Source of the DNA: the human T2T-CHM13v2.0 reference genome, Homo sapiens
Assembly: GCF_009914755.1 (NCBI RefSeq)
Contig: NC_060929.1
DNA length: 64,000 nucleotides
Reading direction: 5' to 3' (one strand)
Positions 1-16,319 of this stretch are shown here, one piece after another. Each line of letters starts with the position of its first letter. Position 1 is the first letter of the stretch. A program made the position numbers and the translations under genes. The notes under the pieces are model-generated. The model ran no database searches, was not told the DNA's origin, and saw only the letters and a program-made list of their open reading frames with translations.

Positions 1-75
1 CTCCCCCCTCCCCCCACCCCACAACAGTCCCCAGAGTGTGATGTTCCCCTTCCTGTGTCCATGTGTTCTCATTGT

Positions 76-3910
<3,835 letters not shown>

Positions 3911-4161
3911 TTTGATGTTAGCTGGTTATTTTGCTCGTTAGTTGATGCAGTTTCTTCCTAGCCTCGATGGTCTTTACAATTTGGCATGATTTTGCAGTGG
4001 CTGGTACCGGTTGTTCCTTTCCATGTTTAGTGCTTCCTTCAGGAGCCCACTGTCTGGCACTCTCTAGTGAGATGAACCCGGTACCTCAGATGGAAATGCA
4101 GAAATCACCCATCTTCTGTGTTGCTCACACTGGGAGCTGTAGACCGGAGCTGTTCCTATTT

Positions 4162-4171
4162 GGCCATCTTG
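4162..4171 (-). promoter_or_regulatory. YY1 site of the L1 5'UTR internal promoter
   Basis: CAAGATGGCC on the - strand about 10 nt inside the L1 5' end. Confidence 0.75.
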
Positions 4172-4869
4172 GCTGCTCCCTGCACATTATTCTTAACTAT
4201 ATTAAAAAGTTCTTTCAATGAGTGAACATTGAATTTTGCCAAAGTGCTTTGTAATTAATTTGTTAAATTCTTCGTACTCCATCAAAAAAGTAATCTTTTT
4301 GGATTTTGATGAAAATTGATGTAAACATTTAAAGATAATTTGGGGAGAATTGACTTTTTATAATTTCCATTGGAGTTTTTTTTTTTTTTTTTTTTTTTCC
4401 CTCTTGATAGGAGGCTTAAAATGCTTACAGGTTTGACTAGGAAGTGAAGGGTATATTTTCTACCAGTACTGGGATTAATTAACTACCTCATCCAAAGGGG
4501 CTAGCCACATCCACTCTAGGCATGTGCTGCTACTGGAACCAGAGTTGTCAGGATATCCCTCCAGTTACTCAAGACAAACTAGAATTCCAAAATATTACGT
4601 AAAATACCTAGAGTTTTTACACTGAAATGTTAGCTATTAATTTAGATTAATATACCAGGATATGCACACATATGCATGCATAAACACACACACACAGAGT
4701 TGCAGACACACTCACACAGTGCTAAACAGATCACATCAGCATTTCTGAATCTGTAGTTTAGATACACTAGTTTGCAACCTTTTAAACATTAATAACTGTC
4801 TTGGAAAACCACATAAGCATTGATATTTGTTTTATAAAGGCAATTTTTTGATTAAGTTTTAAATTTTTT

Positions 4870-5025
4870 GTCAAGTGCAGTGGCTAATGGCTATAATCTC
4901 AGTGACCTGGGAGGCTGAGGTAGGAGGATCAACTGAACCCAAGAATTGGAGGCTATAGTGAGCTGTGATCATGCCCCTGCACTCCAGCCTGGGTGACTGG
5001 GCAAGACCGGAACTCTAAAAAAAAA
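4870..5025 (+). mobile_element. Alu monomer (FLAM/FRAM-like)
   Basis: gggaggctgaggtaggaggatc...actccagcctgggtgac plus A tail; single arm. Confidence 0.85.
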
Positions 5026-5591
5026 GTTTTTTTTAGGTCTTTAGGTGTTACCTTACTTCTTGAGCATGAAAAATATTTCGTATTTTCTAAGAAAATAATT
5101 TTATAGTTACTCAGATTGTTTCTGATTTTAAGAATTTATCCCATGTGTAGTTATTTTTGCTTTTTTGTTACTTGTTTTGGGAATCTGATTTTTTTCTTCA
5201 TTTTGATTTACTTAATTTTGTTGGTTTTTGCCCACCTTACCCTCCTAGAACCTGTTTATATTTTACCAGTTTTTACTCTTGACCTATCTGCTTTCATCTT
5301 TCCTAATTCCTTCTACTCACTTTCACTAATGCTAAATGAGCCAGTCCACTTAATAAGTTCATCTGTGTGTTTACCTTTTAGCAATAGTCTGACTAGCTTT
5401 TATGTTTTTATATGCTATTTTCTCATTATTGTATTTTTCCTACATATTTAATAACTGTACTACTGTTTTCTTTTTGACTTAGGTATGTTAGAAAAATAAT
5501 TTTCAATTTGCAAGTGCTATTTTTTCCCAGTTATACTTTATTATAAACTAGCTTTAATGTCTTATGGCCATAGAATATGGACTGTATACTC

Positions 5592-5913
5592 TTTTTTTTT
5601 TTTTTTTTTTTGAGACTGAGTCTCGCTCTGTCACCCAGGCTGAAGTGCACTGGTGTGGTCTCAGCTCACTGCAACCTCTGCCTCCCAGTTCAAGCGGTTC
5701 TCCTCCTTCAGTCTCCTGAGTAGCTGGGATTAAGGCACCTGCCACCATGCCTGGCTAATTTTTGTATTTTTAGTAGAGACAGGGTTTCACCATGTTGGCC
5801 AGGCTGGTCTTGAACTCCTGACACCTGCCTTGAACTCTGGTCTTGAACTCTTGAACACCTGCCTCAGCCTCCCAAAGTTCTGGGATCACAGGCATGAGCC
5901 ACTGTCCCTGGCC
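5592..5913 (-). mobile_element. AluS with internally duplicated B-box region
   Basis: polyT, dimeric Alu, TSD tgtatact at 5583-5590 and 5914-5921. Confidence 0.95.
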
Positions 5914-7009
5914 TGTATACTTTTTATTCTTTAGAGATTTTTGAATTTTTTTTTTTTTGTTACTTAATGTGTGATCAATGTTGATGAAGCTTCTACTGGT
6001 GTTTGAAAAGGTGGGGTTTGTAGAATATAGAGTTTGGTATCTGCTAATTCCGTATTTTACAACTACTGTTTTTATCTTCGTACAGTCAGTTTTGCTGTCA
6101 TATTGCATACACGTTCTTAAAAATAATGTTATGCAAAATTGTGCAATATTAAACCCAGGGCTCATGAAAAAGTATCGTTAGAGTGTAGCACTCTAAAACT
6201 TCATTAGTGATGTAGACACACACAGAACATGGAAACCTAATAAAGATGCTAATCCAGTTTTACCTGTGTTAAATTGGTTAAAAAATGCATAAATATATAT
6301 GTCAGTTTACCTTGAAAAAGGCCTAAAGTTTGCTTGTGGAAGGGTGTATTGGAAGGAGTATAGATTCGAGTTATTACTGAGAAGTGATGGCAAGTAGGTT
6401 AGCTGAAATCTTTTGGAAAGTTGAATAGCAGATGTGGATGACTGTGGCTCATAACCCTTGATGAACTGAGGGAGCTGGTAGATGTTTGAGGTGTGTGCGT
6501 GTGCTTTGTGCATTCCTTATACAGCTTTGTTCAGCTGCGTGAAGTTTTGTACCTTCATCTAATGTTTCTTGGAGACTAAATTGTGCATAAGCAAGGCAAA
6601 ATTTATTTCCTCATGTAATCAATCACCTGGGAACTCATTCCCATTTTTGAAACAAGTGTTTATGGCAGAACTGACTGTACTTATTTTTTGCTACTGTTCC
6701 CCTATCAGCTTTTATTTTTTGGGTATTTTATGTTTTTTTTTTTTTTTTTCCATTCTTGCCTGATCTTTGTTGGCTTCTGTATTAGCTCATTCATTCATTC
6801 AACAGACACTTCCCGAACGTCTACTATGGGACAGGGACTGCAAGGTGGGCACTCCTAGACTAAGATTTATTTTTCTTCATTGTAAACTGTATGTATCATC
6901 ATTGATACCATCTTTTCTCTTTTTTATAATTAATATTGTTATACTACCACTCTTTTGTTGTTCGTTTGCTTGAGTTTGCTGTCCTTTTTACTTGAAGGAC
7001 AGTCAGCTT

Positions 7010-7247
7010 GGTGGTTCTAAAGGCTGGGAACTGGAACCAGTCCGCCTAGGTTCAAATTCTGCCAAGTCCCATCTACTGTGTGGCTTTGAGCAAGTTATTT
7101 AACTTCTCTATACCTCAGTTTCTTCATTTGTCAAATGAGGATAATATTGAAACCAATTTTATTTGGTTTTTGTGAGGATTGAATTAATTCAGACAACATG
7201 CTTAGCACAATGCCTGGCACATTTTAAAACCCCAATAAACATTAGTG
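7010..7247 (+). mobile_element. MIR
   Basis: MIR core gcaagttatttaacttctctatacctcagtttcttcatttgtcaaatg; 3' part cttagcacaatgcctggcaca. Confidence 0.85.
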
Positions 7248-7334
7248 CTTTTTTAACTTTTATTTGAGACTTTGAGTATTTCTCCTGGATACCATATGTA
7301 ATTTTTAATGCTGAAGTCTTCTATAATGGGAGAC

Positions 7335-7643
<309 letters not shown>

Positions 7644-8249
7644 TAATGGGAAGATTTTAACTGTAATTTTTTTTTCTCTTCTCTCTTAAAGCTTTCTTAT
7701 ATAATGCTTCATTGAAGGTAACTTTTTCCCCATGCTCACTTACTTTATTTATGAAATTTCAAATTTTCACTAAGTTATATATCTAGGTAGTATAACTTTT
7801 CATTAAGATTTCCACCTATCAATTCAAATGTTTCTTTAGCTTATGTGTTCTGTACTTACTGATTTACTACTGCTTTTGTTTCATTTGTTTTAGAATTCAA
7901 GTACGTTGTTATTGTGTCTCTAGTCTCTCTTTTTCATATGCGTTTTTAATTTGTTGTATTTACTGTGTTTTGGGAGATTTTTCCCAAGAGTCTTCCCTGC
8001 CACTCCCTCGGTTCAGTACTCTGGTATTGAGTCTTTTCTGGCTTTGAGTATTTGGTTCTAACTTTACTTCTGTGCTTTTTGTATTGTTGTCCGTAAGTCC
8101 AAGTATTTCCCTCCTTTTTTATTTATCCGTGAGCAGCAACAGCTGTATCCACACCTGGAATTTGTCCCAAAACATGGTGTAACTTGCCTTGAATCCCTTT
8201 CTTTTCTAACCATATACTTTCAGTTTCCTTGCTGTGGGTACTAGTTATT

Positions 8250-8660
8250 ACTGGCTGACCAGCATCCACTTCACCTGATTTCCTTTTGGGAAGTGGTCTC
8301 TCACCCAAGGAAGTCAGCTCCTCTTCCTTGTTGCCTAGCCCAGACAAGTCAGCTGTGACCTGAGCTCAGTTAATCAGCATATTATTTCCCAGGGCTTTGA
8401 ATCTTTAGAGAGCGAAGTGAGGGCTGACAGATGGAGGGAGGGAAGCAGACACAGAAGAATGTTTACTGGTCATTCCTCACAGCACCTTGCATTTGCAAGA
8501 CTCTTCCTGTAATAAGATCCCTGTGTTCCCTGCAGCATGATTTCTCATTTTCCTCCAGCCCTTTGTTAAGCCTGGACTTTTAGCCTGTCTTCAGTTCTGT
8601 GTGTTCAAGACAGTATCCAGCATCAGTTTGTATTGCTTGCAAACCAGAAAGCTAGCTGAT
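8250..8660 (+). mobile_element. Old MaLR (MLT1-like) LTR remnant
   Basis: 3' end tattgcttgcaaaccagaaagctagctgata resembles MLT1 termini; highly diverged. Confidence 0.4.
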
Positions 8661-9428
8661 AGGAACTTACAACGTCTCCTTAGTTCCTCTGTTGGAGAAT
8701 TACATCCTGCAAGATTATATGAGAATCAGGGATCAGCAGTTGGGGAAGGTGTCCTGGTTGTAAATAGGACAGAGTGAGAGAAGAGAGGAGCTGGGGCTAT
8801 GAGAAGATCTGGAAAAGGAGTGCCCCATCTATGAAAGGTTTTCTGTTTCTTTGGTGTAGCTGCTGAGCCTGGGGCTGGCTTTCTCCCTCTAGCTTTGTTT
8901 TTGTGTGGCCTGTAAGCCAGGTAGGAGATGTGTGTCTGAATGTGCTGCTTCACAGAGTCCAGCCACCTCAGAAGGAAACTGGGTCTGCTGCTGGCTGCTT
9001 GTGGTCAGGTGAGGCCAGCCATGCTTGGCTCTCTCCCAGCATGGCTTCATTAAGGAGACTGCCTCTGCAGCAGTCACAGTGCATGGGCAGAGAGACTTCT
9101 GCAGAGGGGGACTCACACAAGTGCCATGAGGGTGAAGAGTCTGTGATTAGTATCTGTCCCAAGACTCAGCTTTGCCTCAGCCCTTGGCCCTTCAGTTTAG
9201 GAGCTGTTGACCGAATCTCTCAGAATCTTATTTATGCTGGGATTCCATGCTGATTTTTCATGCAGGGCAGTTGCAGGTCAGTACTTGAATTATTTCAGTT
9301 TTACTTTTACCATATCTGTCAGAAATGCTGCCAATTTTATGGCCTGCGGATGGCCTGTTTCTCCTGACTCTACCTGGATGCAAATTTTCCTCCCCTCTCT
9401 CTTTTTTTTATTCTGTTGGTTATTTTTC

Positions 9429-9507
9429 TTAGGTTGAACCATATAAAATTGCCAATATTTGACTACTTTTGATATACAAAAATGGCAATTTCATGCATCA
9501 GTCCAAT
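9429..9507. mobile_element. MADE2 (Mariner-derived MITE)
   Basis: ttaggttgaaccatataaaattgcc...aatggcaatttcatg; about 80-bp palindromic element. Confidence 0.85.
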
Positions 9508-11479
9508 ATTACACATAAAATATGGTAAGATATTGGAGGGGACTGCAGATTAGAATCTAGTGCTCAATCTTTGTCTCACTCAGATTTGTCTCACTCAGAT
9601 TCCTTCTGAGTGAGAACAGCTTTTTTGGCATTGGAAAATATTCTGGAATACAGGCTTGATCGTGAACAGTATCATTTTGCTTGAAGGAAAAATGGTTTTA
9701 TAGCCAGATTAGTGCAGATGAATTCTGTTTCTGGTCAAGATTTGCTAAAGTTCTCTCTCTTCTAGCTGTAATAATTCACTTTTATTCACTTATTACATTT
9801 GTTTTTAGAACTAGGGTAATAGCATTCCCCCCCACTTACTTGAACAAAACATTCTTAGTGTTAGTTGCTTAAATGTATGTTTTTGGAGGAAAACTTAATA
9901 GATATTTAAGTTTGCTCCTGTTATTTAAATTCTGAGCTTGTACTAAGTGGCATTACTAATAGATTTTTTTGTGTGACTTCTAGTGTAATGCTTATGCAGT
10001 GGCTTTTCTCTTTTTGAAGATGAGCTATGGATTAAATCTGTACCTAAATTTGCAAGCTAGCTGTTGCAGAGCAGAACCTGTTAATTCCAGCAGAGTTCCA
10101 CGTAAGCTTTCATTGTCCCTGAAGAATACCAATTGATTGTGGGAACTTAACAGAAACAAAACTCAAATGATCCTTATAATCTATTCTAGCAGTGACTTGT
10201 TTGATTCTTATCCCCTCCCCCAGCAGCATTATTATTCAACTCTATAAGCTTTTAAAAGTGAAAATCTAGTTAACTAAAGAGAGATCTACGTAAACAACAT
10301 CTATATTTTCTGTTTTTTTGTGTGATCTGAAATAATTTAATCAATTATAATCATAGTACCTACTGGTAATACATATCCAGTGGATTTAAAAGAAGCTGCC
10401 TTCCATTAAATAATCAGTGTATTGTTTTCTATGCTTGTTTTATTTTGAAAATGACTGGTGGTGTAATTTTTTAAAACTTTTTAGGCTTCACATTTGAATA
10501 TTTTTTGGCTAAATGCAGTTAAATACTGCATGATGTTTATAATACATCAAAATGTGAACCCTTATTGAGAGTCAGGCAGCTGAAACATTAGCCTTAGCAT
10601 TTCCTTTGACTAGCACACAGCATGTTACATATTCATTGTTCCTCTCTGGGCTCTGAGATATTGGAACAGCTTTTATATTGCATCTGCTCTTGCTATTGAG
10701 ACCAGTGTTGAGTGGAGAAACCCACGAATTATTAGAACCTAAGAACAGTTTATATATTCACCAAAGTCTTGACCAGTTTCTCTTTGTGGATCTTTTAGTG
10801 TGAAAAGGGGCTCCAAATGTGTGCTGAGATGAAGGTACCATCAGTTAGTATAGATTTTTTATCTTCACCAAATTGGTGGGTTTCATTGCTTTAGCAAGAA
10901 TGCAAACTCTTTATTTATATAATCTTTGTACTATCTTCTTACAATTTTTCCCCTAGGTTTATATTTAAGTGAACCTTCCACTGTCTTCTCAACTATCTCT
11001 GCTTGCTTCTTGAAATCAGAGAAATATTTGATGTTACATTTTTAAATAAGAATCCAAACTTAACTAATGTGCATCTTGGGTTTTCTAAGAAATTGGACTA
11101 TTAATCTTCCTAAACAGACTAATTCATTATACGTTTTATACAGGTTGGATTTTATGGTATTTAACTGAAGGTTGCTGTAAAATTTATAGAGCAATGGGAA
11201 GTTACAGTGTGTCTTGTGATATTCAGAGTCATTTGCAGATTTGGATTGAGTTTAGAATCTAAAGATATTTAGCATTTCATCAAAGCACTGAAAGCAATGC
11301 ACCAGGGTCTAAAATAACTTTAGTTCTAATAGTTGAAGCAGTGGTTTACGTTTATTTTAGAAAGCATATGTTCTATCCCTACCTTTTCAATTCCAGTTCG
11401 TCTTGAGTGAGACGGCTATCCTTCCACCTCTCATTCCCTTCAACCACTGGCATCTATTTATGTCATGGAGACCTGTAAA

Positions 11480-12930
11480 AGCCATGAGGGACTTCTCAGG
11501 TGCTCCGCCCATCCCTTGGATACTTTCTCAAGCCTCAGAGAGGATTTTTTTGCAGCATTGACATCGATCACTCCATTCTCCTCGAAATTCTGTCCTCTTT
11601 TGGCTTTGAAGTGACCTTGAGCTCTTTCACTTTCGGGTCTATTCTGGCACTGCTGACCATTCATTTTTCATCACCTCTCTGATTTCCTCTTCTGCTTACT
11701 TCCCCAATGTTCCTGTTCTCGCCTGTTGGGGAACACTGCTTAGTTTTCTTCATTTTGCATGCTTTTCCACACTGTTGTTTTAATTACCAGGCATTTGGAC
11801 TACTTCCAGATCTAAAGATCCAACCTGGACTTCTTGTTCTCTAGTTAGTGGCAATAGTAAGAGATAAGCACTCGTTTAATTATTCAGCCAATCCTGTAGC
11901 ATTCTCTTGAGTTAAGGTTCTTTATCATCTTCATTCTCCTGTTGAGGAATCTGAAGCAGAGGTGTTAAGGAAAGTGCCTAAGGTCACCCAGCTAGTAAGT
12001 GTGGAAATAGGACCCAAGCCAGGCAGTCTTGCCCCAGAAATAGTGGGCAAATAATCTTCACCTCTGTGGTGCTCTGCCTTTCCACCTCCCTTTCCTGTGA
12101 CATCCAGTTAGTCCCTAAACTCTGTGACTTCTGCCTCTTCAGTGTCTCCAGACTCTGACCCCTGCTTTTCGTCTCCATTGCTCTTGTCTCGTACTATTGT
12201 GAAAACCTCCAAATGGCCTTTCCATTTCCAGCTGTGCCACTTCTAAGTGTCTGCCATTTCATCAACAGAGTTAGTTTTCTAATATGTGAGTCCCACCATG
12301 TTTGCTTTAAAATGCTTTGTGGTGCTTCAGTCTCAAAAGGCACAGGCCACTATCCTTTGCCTGACACATACTGACTTTTTCTGTCTGATTCCTCCCGACT
12401 TGCTCATCCTTATCTCCAGTCACTTCCTGCTTCACACTCTACTCAGGCATTCTGAGCCACGGGTGTCCTCAGACACATGCCGTTTTGTGCTTCTTAGGAA
12501 TTTGCCTGTGTTCAGCTTGGATTTTTATTTTTTTCCTTTTGTGCAGTGGATAATTTCAGTCTTACTCATTTTTAACACTCAGCTGAAATATTACCTCATC
12601 TCTGAAACCTTCCCTTATTTACTTCTACCATTCATTCAGCAAATATTTATTGTGTTATGCTCCAGAAATGTAGGAGGTAAGCAAGACTGACCTGGTCCCA
12701 GCCCTCAGAAAACAGCAGGGAAGACATGTAATTAAACACAGTATAATAATAAAGGGTTTTCTTCTATAGAGGCAAGAAGGGGGTCTTGGAAGGCCTCCTG
12801 AAGCAAATGATATTCAAGCTTAAACCTGAATGATGACTAGAACTAGCCAGTCAAGAAGTGGGTGTCAGAGGGCAGAGAAGGAATTTTAGGTTGTGAGAAG
12901 AGAATGGTGATTATGGGCCAGGGATTAACA
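11480..12930. mobile_element. Cluster of L2 fragments in both orientations with an embedded MIR (~11880-12040, -)
   Basis: L2 motifs gatcactccattctcctcgaaa and cattcattcagcaaatatttattg; MIR aaggtcacccagctagtaagtg. Confidence 0.65.
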
Positions 12931-13059
12931 AGGGCATGTTTGAACATCTGAAAGATGTTTATTAGACAGCAGCAGTTGGGGAGGGTGGGCAGCGAGGGTG
13001 TGTGTGTAGAAGCTGGGTAAATCTTGGCCATCAGGGAGATACATATCAAAACTTCTAGA

Positions 13060-13760
13060 AGATACTGTTTCCAACCCTTTTAGAATGGCTAAAATAAAAA
13101 AGATGACAACGTCAAAAGTTGGCAAGAATGTGTAGCAACAGAAACTCATATGTTGCGGGTGGGAATGCAAAATGGGGGCGACTTTCTGAAAAGCCTCCAA
13201 AGAGTTTTCCAAACTTAAAATATATACCATGTGATCTGGGGGCTCCACTCCTAGCAATTTACCCAAGAGAAATGAAAAAATGTTCACAAAAAGACTTGTA
13301 CAGACATTTTCATACAGGCTTTTTCCTAGTAACTTCAAACTGCAAGCAGTTTAAATGTCCTTCAGCAGGTGATGGATTAAAAAATTGTTGTATATTCATA
13401 CAACAGAATACCTAGCAGTAAAAAAATGATAAATTACTGAAATACACAGTAATATGGATGAGTCTCACAAATGTTCAGCAGAAGAAGAGAGACAGAAGAG
13501 TAAATATTGTTTGATTTCCATTTTATGAATTCTGAGAGGAGACTCAACTGATCTATTGTGATAGAAATGGAATGTCAGAGTGTTTTTTGGGGGCAGGGTG
13601 AGTGGGCGAGCATGGATTGGAACGGGGCATGAGGGAACTCTCTGAATTGGTGGAAGTAGTCTATATTATTTTGGATAGTGATTACAGTTGTCACAATTCA
13701 TGAGACTGAAAATATGTGTATTGTATATTGTTATATCTCAATTAAAATATTTTAGAAAAT
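13060..13760 (+). mobile_element. Old L1M 3' fragment
   Basis: tagaatggctaaaataaaaaag...ccactcctagcaatttacccaagagaaatgaaa; ORF2 C-terminal and 3'UTR similarity. Confidence 0.8.
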
Positions 13761-14094
13761 GTAATACAATATAAACATACAATACAATAAATACAATAAT
13801 ATAATACAATACAGTAAACATAATGATATATGTCTCTCTTGATATGGAAAGATGCTCATGGTATAATGTTAAGTAAATTAACTTGGTTAAAAACTCTGGC
13901 TCCCATAACCCTTTGTGCATATATATCAAGGTAGTGAGTTTTTAAATTTTATTCTTTAACGTCTTTCACATTTTTCAACTTATTTTGAATGAGTATTTTA
14001 TGAATAAAGTATTGTTTACTATACAGTGAAAGATTTAAAGTACATCCCCTGCTTATTAAAACTTTGCAGAAATTATTGAACCATATGAGAAATT

Positions 14095-14412
14095 TATTTT
14101 TATTTCTATTAAATTAAATTAATTAATTAATTTTAGAGACAGGGTCTTTGTCACTCAGGCTGGAGTGCAGTGGTACTATCATAGCTCACTGCAACCTCAA
14201 ACTCCGGGCTCAAGTGATACTCTACCTCAGACTCCTGAGTAGCTAGGATCTACAGGTGCAGGCCACCATGCCTAGCCAATTTTTATAATTTTGTAGAGAT
14301 AGGTTTTACTATATTTCACAGGCTGGTCCTCAAACCCCTGGCCTGAGGTGATCCTCCTGCATTGGTCTCCCAAAGCACAGGGATTATAGGTGTGAGCCAC
14401 TGCACTTGGTCC
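14095..14412 (-). mobile_element. AluJ
   Basis: Dimeric diverged Alu with AT-rich tail. Confidence 0.92.
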
Positions 14413-14466
14413 CAAGACATTTTTAAATAAATTTTCATGACTATTTTTAAGCTACAGTTCTGTTAC

Positions 14467-14769
14467 TTTTTTTTGTTTGTTTTGTTTTGAGACAGATCTT
14501 TACTCTGTTGCCTAGGCTGAGTGCAGTATTGCAGTCTTGGCTCACTGCCACCTCTGCCTCCCAGGTTCAAGCAGTTCTCGTGCCTCAGCCTCCCGAGTAG
14601 CTGGGATTACAGGCATGTGCCGCCACACCCAGCTAATTTTTGTATTTTTTGTGGAGATGGGGTTTCGCCATGTTGGCCAGGCTGGTCTTGAACTCCTGAC
14701 CTCAAGTGATCTGGCAGCCTTGGCTTCCCAAAGTGCTGAGATTACAGATGTGAACCACCGCGTCTGGCC
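14467..14769 (-). mobile_element. AluS
   Basis: Dimeric Alu; TSD-like cagttctgtta / cagttttgtta. Confidence 0.95.
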
Positions 14770-15477
14770 TCAGTTTTGTTAGTTTTCAGTGCTTAGGAGA
14801 CACAGGTTATAGCATTTATAGTTCAGAAAAAAATTTAGTTTAATTTACTTTTTAATATATGCCCCAATATATACAAAGGATACACAATGAAAAGTAAGGT
14901 ACTCAGCCACTCCTGTCTCCTTGTCATTTTGCTCTTTTCACAGGAGGTAACTACTATGACCAGGCTCTTATTTATTTTATGGATGTATGGGAAAACATAT
15001 GCACATGTACATAAAGGCATAGGCATATATATTATACAATGATAGCATGCCATGCACATTGTGCTGGTTTTTTTTTTTTTTTTTTGAGTGGGTCTATTTT
15101 TTAAATTGTAAATAAGCATAACATAAAATTTACTATTTTAACAATTTTTAAGTGTACAGTAGCATTACAACATTTACATCATTGTGCAGCTGTTACTACC
15201 ATCCATCTCTAGAACTTTGTCATCACCCCAAATGCAAACTTTGTACGTGTTGAACAGTAATTCCCGTTCCTCTTGCTCCTGGCAACCACTGTTCTGTTTT
15301 CTGTCTCTACAAGTTTGACTACTCTATTAGGTGCCTTATGTACGTAGAATCATATAATTTTTGTCCTTTTCTGTCTGCCTTACTTCATTCAGCATAGTAT
15401 CTTCAAGGCTCATTCATGTTGTAGCATGTATCAGAATTTCTTTCCTTTTTAAGGCTACATGATATTCCCCTGTATGT

Positions 15478-15525
15478 ATTGAAAGTAGTGACAAAAACCA
15501 CAATTACTTTTGCACCAACCTAATA
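15478..15525 (-). mobile_element. Partial MADE1 (one Hsmar1-type TIR)
   Basis: aaaaccacaattacttttgcaccaacctaata is the reverse complement of TTAGGTTGGTGCAAAAGTAATTG. Confidence 0.88.
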
Positions 15526-15704
15526 CATACCACAGCTTATTTATCCATTCATCCTTTGATGGACATTTGGGTGGTTTCTACGTTTTGGCCACTGTGAATA
15601 ATGCTGCTGTGAATATGAGTGTGCAGATATCTGTCCAGGTCCCTTCTTTCCATCTCCAGAAATGGAACTGCTGGATCACATAATAATTCTATGTTTAATT
15701 TTTT

Positions 15705-16319
15705 TTTAATCACTGTCATTTAGGTGTATTTTTTTGGCAGAGTAAAACATTTAAATATTTTACATAGACATAAATATGAGCATGATAAGCATTGACATGA
15801 AAATGGCAGTAATTCTGTATGTGTGCTTCTTGTATTTTTGTTATATTTTTATGTCATGCTTTTTTGCAAAATACATTATAAACATTTATGAATTTCACTA
15901 GTTTTCTGTGATATCGTTTTTAATGGCTGAATAATGTTCTGTCACTGTATGGATGAGTTAACTTGACTAATCTCTTACTTTTGGAGATCTAGGTAATTTT
16001 TTAACTTTTATCTTTGAAAACATCTGTTTGTATCCATGATCTCTATTTATAATCTAATTTTATACAAAGGTAACAAAGAGCTGGGGGGAGAGGGTGGGTA
16101 CAGCAGTTTCATTTGACTGACAATATAATCAACATTTAGCTGTATGATTTTGTCCTCTTTGTTGCCTAAAACATTATTCTCTAGGGCTTTCCCCAAATTG
16201 TTTTAGAACAAGCAAGTTGACATGCTTTTTCTATAGGGTATACTGCCTGGGAATAATGTGGAATTGCACCAAGGAATCAAAGGGCAGTATAAGGACATGT
16301 GTAATACAAGATTCGTGCA
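15705..16319 (-). other. Candidate retroposed insertion (mRNA 3' end or orphan transduction) of unknown source
   Basis: Interrupts a colinear L1; short polyT at left; direct repeat taatttttt at 15696-15704 and 16320-16328. Confidence 0.6.

Noticed and set aside
4045-4085. Canonical spliced L1 integrant (SpIRE97)
   Set aside because: The position-97 donor is retained and the junction does not fit GT-AG cleanly
8726-9437. Cluster of overlapping ORFs in a GC-richer patch
   Set aside because: No recognisable domain or consistent splice frame; expected from local GC content
15478-15525. miR-548-type hairpin from MADE1
   Set aside because: Only one TIR is present, so no hairpin can form
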